From a virus (Duplodnaviria > Caudoviricetes), in the IMG/VR virus record IMGVR_UViG_3300029787_000034, positions 1 through 61,766 of that record: a stretch of 61,766 nucleotides of DNA. The stretch is one strand, 5' to 3'. Below are positions 58,701 through 61,766 of this stretch, piece by piece. Position 1 is the stretch's first letter. Each line of letters begins with the position of its first letter. The notes beneath the pieces are model-generated. The model was given only the letters and a program-made list of their open reading frames with translations. It did no database searches and was not told the origin of the DNA. The position numbers and the translations under genes were made by a program.

Positions 58701-59367
58701 TAAAAAACTGAAGGAGGGGACATCCAAGTCCCATTCTGCAGCAGAGAATACCAAGTTTGTATCATCGTTTCTCCGAGGGGTCTTAGATCCTGAGGAGTAT
58801 CGTAAGTTATTAGCAAACTTCTATTTTGTCTATGACACTATGGAAAGAGAGGTCAAAAGTTCCAAGGATCCTATCGTTGGAGAACTAAAGCAATGGTCTA
58901 GAGAATTAAACCGTGTACCATTTCTAGAAAGAGATCTCTTATATTATTATGGTCCCAACTGGAAGGATGTGATAGAACCATCCTCTGCATGTGATACCTA
59001 CTGTTGGCGAATCAAACAAGTAGCACATGATGAACCCTATCTTTTAGTAGCACACCACTACACACGTTACATAGGTGACTTATCTGGTGGTCAGATACTA
59101 AGAAAGATAGCAGAGAAAGCATTAAAACCTCCTCTAGGTGAGGGGTTAATGTTCTACGAGTTCCCTTGTATTGATGATGCAAAGGAATGGAAGACAAATT
59201 ACAAATCTGTGTTAGACTCTATGGAGTTTAATACACAAGAAGAAAATGCTCTAATCACTGAAGCAAACTATGCGTTCAGACTTAACATGTATATGTTCGA
59301 TGAGGTACAGGGCAGTGCCACTAAATCATTATTAAAAGTATTATGGGGATTTTTAACAGGTAAGTAA
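58693..59367 (+). CDS. ho1: Heme oxygenase
   Basis: LKEGTSKSHSAAEN, AHHYTRYIGDLSGGQIL, EANYAFRLNM. Confidence 0.95.
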   Translation: MFSKKLKEGTSKSHSAAENTKFVSSFLRGVLDPEEYRKLLANFYFVYDTMEREVKSSKDPIVGELKQWSRELNRVPFLERDLLYYYGPNWKDVIEPSSACDTYCWRIKQVAHDEPYLLVAHHYTRYIGDLSGGQILRKIAEKALKPPLGEGLMFYEFPCIDDAKEWKTNYKSVLDSMEFNTQEENALITEANYAFRLNMYMFDEVQGSATKSLLKVLWGFLTGK

Positions 59368-60503
59368 TGGGGACAACAGTTTTTAACTCTACTAAAGTAG
59401 ACACCAAGAAGCAACCTATGTTCTTCGGGCAACCCTTAGGGATGCAACAGTATGTGGATTTTAAGTATCCAGATTTTGATAGACTAACTCAATCACAATT
59501 GGGATTCTTTTGGAGACCAGAGGAAGTATCCTTACAGAAGGATCGTTCTGACTACAAGACACTTAATGATCAGCAGAGACACATCTATACAAGTAATTTA
59601 AAATATCAGATCCTTCTTGACTCAGTGCAAGGTAGAGGACCAGGCATGGCATTTAAACCATACTGTAGTCTACCTGAGTTGGAAGGAGCAATGAGTGTAT
59701 GGGAATTCATGGAGGGTATTCACTCAAGATCCTACACTCACATCATCAAAAATGTTTATCCAGATCCAAGTGAAGTCCTAGACACTGTACTTGAGGACGA
59801 TAAAATTATCCAAAGAGCTCAATCAGTTACCAAAGCATACGATGACTTCATCGATTGTGCACAGGAATACGCAGTAGGTAACATGTGGAAACCTTCATGG
59901 AAGGATTCTCCCACATCAACTTGGACTCTTCGTGACATCAAAAGAAAACTTTACAAGGCAGTAGTTAATGTTAACATTCTTGAGGGCATCAGATTTTATG
60001 TCTCATTCGCTTGCTCATTTGCGTTTGGTGAACTCAAACTTATGGAAGGATCCGCTAAGATTATCGCTCTCATCGCACGAGACGAAAGTCAGCATCTTGC
60101 ACTTACTCAAAAGATAATTAAGAAGTGGCAGCAAGGTGATGATCCAGACATGATAGAGATTGCTAAGGAAGAGCAAGAGAATGTTAGAACTATGTTTAGA
60201 CAGACAGTTGCAGAAGAGAAGGACTGGGCTAAGTACCTGTTCGCTCAAGGCAGCATGATAGGTCTGAATGAAAGGCTACTGTGTCAATACGTTGAGTGGA
60301 TAGCTAACCGTAGAATGAAAGCGATTGGTTTAGACCCAGAGTATGAGATAGCAGCAAGAAACAACCCACTACCATGGACTAACCACTGGTTAAACAGTAA
60401 GGGTCAGCAGAATGCACCTCAGGAAACTGAGATTGAGTCCTACGTAGTTGGAGGAATCAAACAAGATGTCACCGAAGATACATTCACAGGATTCGAGCTC
60501 TAA
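59367..60503 (+). CDS. nrdB: Ribonucleotide reductase class I beta subunit
   Basis: FWRPEE, LDSVQGR, EGIHSRSY, EGIRFYVSF, RDESQH, PQETEIESY. Confidence 0.97.
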   Translation: MGTTVFNSTKVDTKKQPMFFGQPLGMQQYVDFKYPDFDRLTQSQLGFFWRPEEVSLQKDRSDYKTLNDQQRHIYTSNLKYQILLDSVQGRGPGMAFKPYCSLPELEGAMSVWEFMEGIHSRSYTHIIKNVYPDPSEVLDTVLEDDKIIQRAQSVTKAYDDFIDCAQEYAVGNMWKPSWKDSPTSTWTLRDIKRKLYKAVVNVNILEGIRFYVSFACSFAFGELKLMEGSAKIIALIARDESQHLALTQKIIKKWQQGDDPDMIEIAKEEQENVRTMFRQTVAEEKDWAKYLFAQGSMIGLNERLLCQYVEWIANRRMKAIGLDPEYEIAARNNPLPWTNHWLNSKGQQNAPQETEIESYVVGGIKQDVTEDTFTGFEL

Positions 60504-60519
60504 TTTTTTAGAGCATTTA

Positions 60520-60681
60520 ATGAAATGGCAAAAAGGAAGAGACCACAACGACAGAGTGATCCTCTCAATCAAAGACCAGAGAACTGGTATCAAGGACCAC
60601 TTGAGTTTTTTACGTTCCCTCAAGAGGGACTTACGGAAAACCAGACCTCTAAGACCTCGAAGAGGTAACAAATGTAACTAG
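60520..60681 (+). CDS. Small basic hypothetical protein (alternative open frame 60525-60668)
   Basis: Two overlapping + frames are open; I cannot tell which is real. Confidence 0.35.
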   Translation: MKWQKGRDHNDRVILSIKDQRTGIKDHLSFLRSLKRDLRKTRPLRPRRGNKCN

Positions 60682-60689
60682 TTTGTTGC

Positions 60690-60696
60690 ATAAATA
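60690..60696 (+). promoter_or_regulatory. Late promoter (ATAAATA) upstream of the tandem aptamers
   Basis: Lies about 25 nt upstream of aptamer 1. Confidence 0.65.
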
Positions 60697-60721
60697 GTAT
60701 TGATATGCTAACATATCCATA

Positions 60722-60952
60722 CGTTCATCCAATGCAAGGACTTTACTTACTAGCGATGCTCCTCTCTGATCATCACCCTTCCCACTGGGAAATGTCATGT
60801 GATGAGTGGAACCGAAACAGGATTGAGATACTCAGCGATGGGAATCTTAACTCTGACTCTCATGAGTATCTCATAGATTACTTTAAGAGCAAGGTTTCGG
60901 ATAGTGAATGTAAAGCTTGGTCTATTGGACGCAAGTAAGCCGACTCGGAACG
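60722..60952 (+). ncRNA. Glutamine-riboswitch-like aptamer 1 with an ORF in its P2 loop
   Basis: 5' CGTTCA-TCCAATG ... TATTGGA-CGCAAGTAAGCCGACTCG-GAACG 3'; P1 CGTTC/GAACG; P2 TCCAAT/ATTGGA. Confidence 0.75.
60732..60938 (+). CDS. Aptamer-embedded small protein 1 (68 aa; hydrophobic N-terminus, two Cys)
   Basis: MQGLYLLAMLL...MSCDEW...ECKAWSIGRK. Confidence 0.65.
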   Translation: MQGLYLLAMLLSDHHPSHWEMSCDEWNRNRIEILSDGNLNSDSHEYLIDYFKSKVSDSECKAWSIGRK

Positions 60953-60956
60953 GATT

Positions 60957-61153
60957 CGTTCATCCTATGTACAACATACTACTCAGTCTAATAGCAATAG
61001 GAGCACCACTTGATTGTGGTCATGCTGCTGAACTATTAGAAAGTGTCATCAACAACCCTAATAGATCTGAGAGATTAGAACTAACAAGAGTTATAGTTGC
61101 ACACACTGACCCCATATGTTTTCCATCGGACGCAAAAGACGACTGAAGGAACG
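60957..61153 (+). ncRNA. Glutamine-riboswitch-like aptamer 2 with an ORF in its P2 loop
   Basis: 5' CGTTCA-TCCTATG ... CATCGGA-CGCAAAAGACGACTGAAG-GAACG 3'. Confidence 0.78.
60967..61146 (+). CDS. Aptamer-embedded small protein 2 (59 aa; hydrophobic N-terminus, two Cys)
   Basis: MYNILLSLIAIGAPLDC...ICFPSDAKDD. Confidence 0.65.
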   Translation: MYNILLSLIAIGAPLDCGHAAELLESVINNPNRSERLELTRVIVAHTDPICFPSDAKDD

Positions 61154-61188
61154 GTCTAATCAACCTCATTCCAACAGGAGAAACCCAA

Positions 61189-61314
61189 ATGGCTAACGTC
61201 ACATACCGTGGAGTTCAGTACGATACAAAGAATCGTCCTAATCAGAACACACAACAGAAGAACGATACACCTCTAGTGTACCGTGGAATAAAAGTAGCAA
61301 AAGGAGACAAGTAA
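61189..61314 (+). CDS. DUF4278-like peptide (41 aa), not in ORF track
   Basis: SD AGGAG; MANVTYRGVQYDT...LVYRGIK contains two YRG motifs. Confidence 0.85.
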   Translation: MANVTYRGVQYDTKNRPNQNTQQKNDTPLVYRGIKVAKGDK

Positions 61315-61315
61315 C

Positions 61316-61402
61316 ATGCTAGTAACTACAGAGATCATGCTTGCCAGTGTGCTATTTCTGGCAGTCATCTACGCAGAAGTACGCTTTCTCTATTCCCACT
61401 AA
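61316..61402 (+). CDS. Tiny TM peptide (28 aa), not in ORF track
   Basis: SD AAGGAG; MLVTTEIMLASVLFLAVIYAEVRFLYSH. Confidence 0.6.
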   Translation: MLVTTEIMLASVLFLAVIYAEVRFLYSH

Positions 61403-61446
61403 ATAATGATGACATCTTTCGTGCGATGTCTTCATTCGGAACTTAC

Positions 61447-61473
61447 AGACCCCTACTAGTAGGGGTCTTTTTT
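61447..61473 (+). terminator. Rho-independent terminator
   Basis: AGACCCCT-ACTAGT-AGGGGTCT followed by a T-tract. Confidence 0.88.
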
Positions 61474-61564
61474 ATGTCAGGAAATGCAAATTAAAAGAAG
61501 TTTAATAATGTATTAAGGATCACATAACTTGTATAATATAGTGAGGTTTATTCTAGAAAAACTC

Positions 61565-61766
61565 ATGAAAGCATTAGCAGTTGGCCTGCTCGCTCTTGGT
61601 GTATCAGCACCAGTAGTCGCAGGACCTTACGTTTCCACCAAGGTAGCAGCCAAGGGTGAGAACTCAGACTTCGAGAAGACAGAAGTCGAAGCTCGTATCG
61701 GATACGAAACAAAAACAGGTAATTTAAAACCTTACATCGAAATCGGTCCTAACTGGGAGATGAAAG
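61565..61766 (+). CDS. Outer-membrane beta-barrel-like exported protein, 3'-truncated
   Basis: Signal MKALAVGLLALGVSAPVVA|GPYV; alternating strands EARIGYE and PYIEIGP. Confidence 0.7.
   Translation, partial: MKALAVGLLALGVSAPVVAGPYVSTKVAAKGENSDFEKTEVEARIGYETKTGNLKPYIEIGPNWEMK

Noticed and set aside
3126-60503. Introns, inteins or homing endonucleases in g17, g43, g41, nrdA or nrdB
   Set aside because: All ORFs are continuous and of expected length, with no intein termini seen. The nrdA-nrdB insert is ho1, not an endonuclease.
60705-60966. Longer starts for the aptamer ORFs (60705, 60904) given by the ORF track
   Set aside because: The ATGs at 60732 and 60967 sit at equivalent positions after CGTTCATCCN and begin hydrophobic signal-like segments. 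A near-leaderless start at 60705 is not fully excluded.
2542-61202. Numerous minus-strand and off-frame ORFs in the supplied track inside core genes
   Set aside because: They are antisense or shadow frames of well-supported + strand genes, with no motifs or RBS. Only the 35758-37590 minus operon is supported.
13630-61473. Recurring AGACCCC...GGGGTCT hairpins as a mobile repeat or CRISPR
   Set aside because: They are isolated copies at gene ends followed by T-tracts, i.e. intrinsic terminators. There is no spacer array or cas gene.
1-61766. tRNA or rRNA genes
   Set aside because: No cloverleaf or T-loop signature was noticed in the short intergenic regions. tRNAscan-SE was not run.

Overview
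This is a 61.8-kb, AT-rich segment of a T4-like cyanomyovirus (Kyanoviridae-like). A Prochlorococcus-type marine host is likely, judging from pebS, pcyA, ho1 and psbN. Core genes run almost entirely on the + strand: g17-g23, g3, uvsY, uvsW, g55, g47, g46, VWA/peptidase plus cobS-like AAA, g45, g44, g62, regA, hsp20, g43, uvsX, g41, mazG, g61, nrdA and nrdB. Auxiliary genes include tandem pebS-pcyA, ho1 wedged between nrdA and nrdB, gcvP, psbN, a carbamoyltransferase, two 2OG-Fe(II) oxygenases and two DNA methyltransferases. The most striking feature is at 60.7-61.3 kb. A late-promoter-driven tandem of two glutamine-riboswitch-like aptamers (glnA/Downstream-peptide family) each encloses a complete small ORF in the P2 loop, with the AUG base-paired to the end of its own ORF and the stop codon inside the aptamer core, followed by a DUF4278-like peptide gene. 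Other notable items are a small protein carrying a copy of the predicted mature gp23 N-arm, a nuclease/ligase-like/nucleotidyltransferase trio whose last member has a T4 capsid-targeting-like N-terminus, a ROSE-like hairpin on hsp20, and a possibly dual-coded minus-strand operon of secreted proteins. All calls come from reading the sequence by eye; no searches were run.
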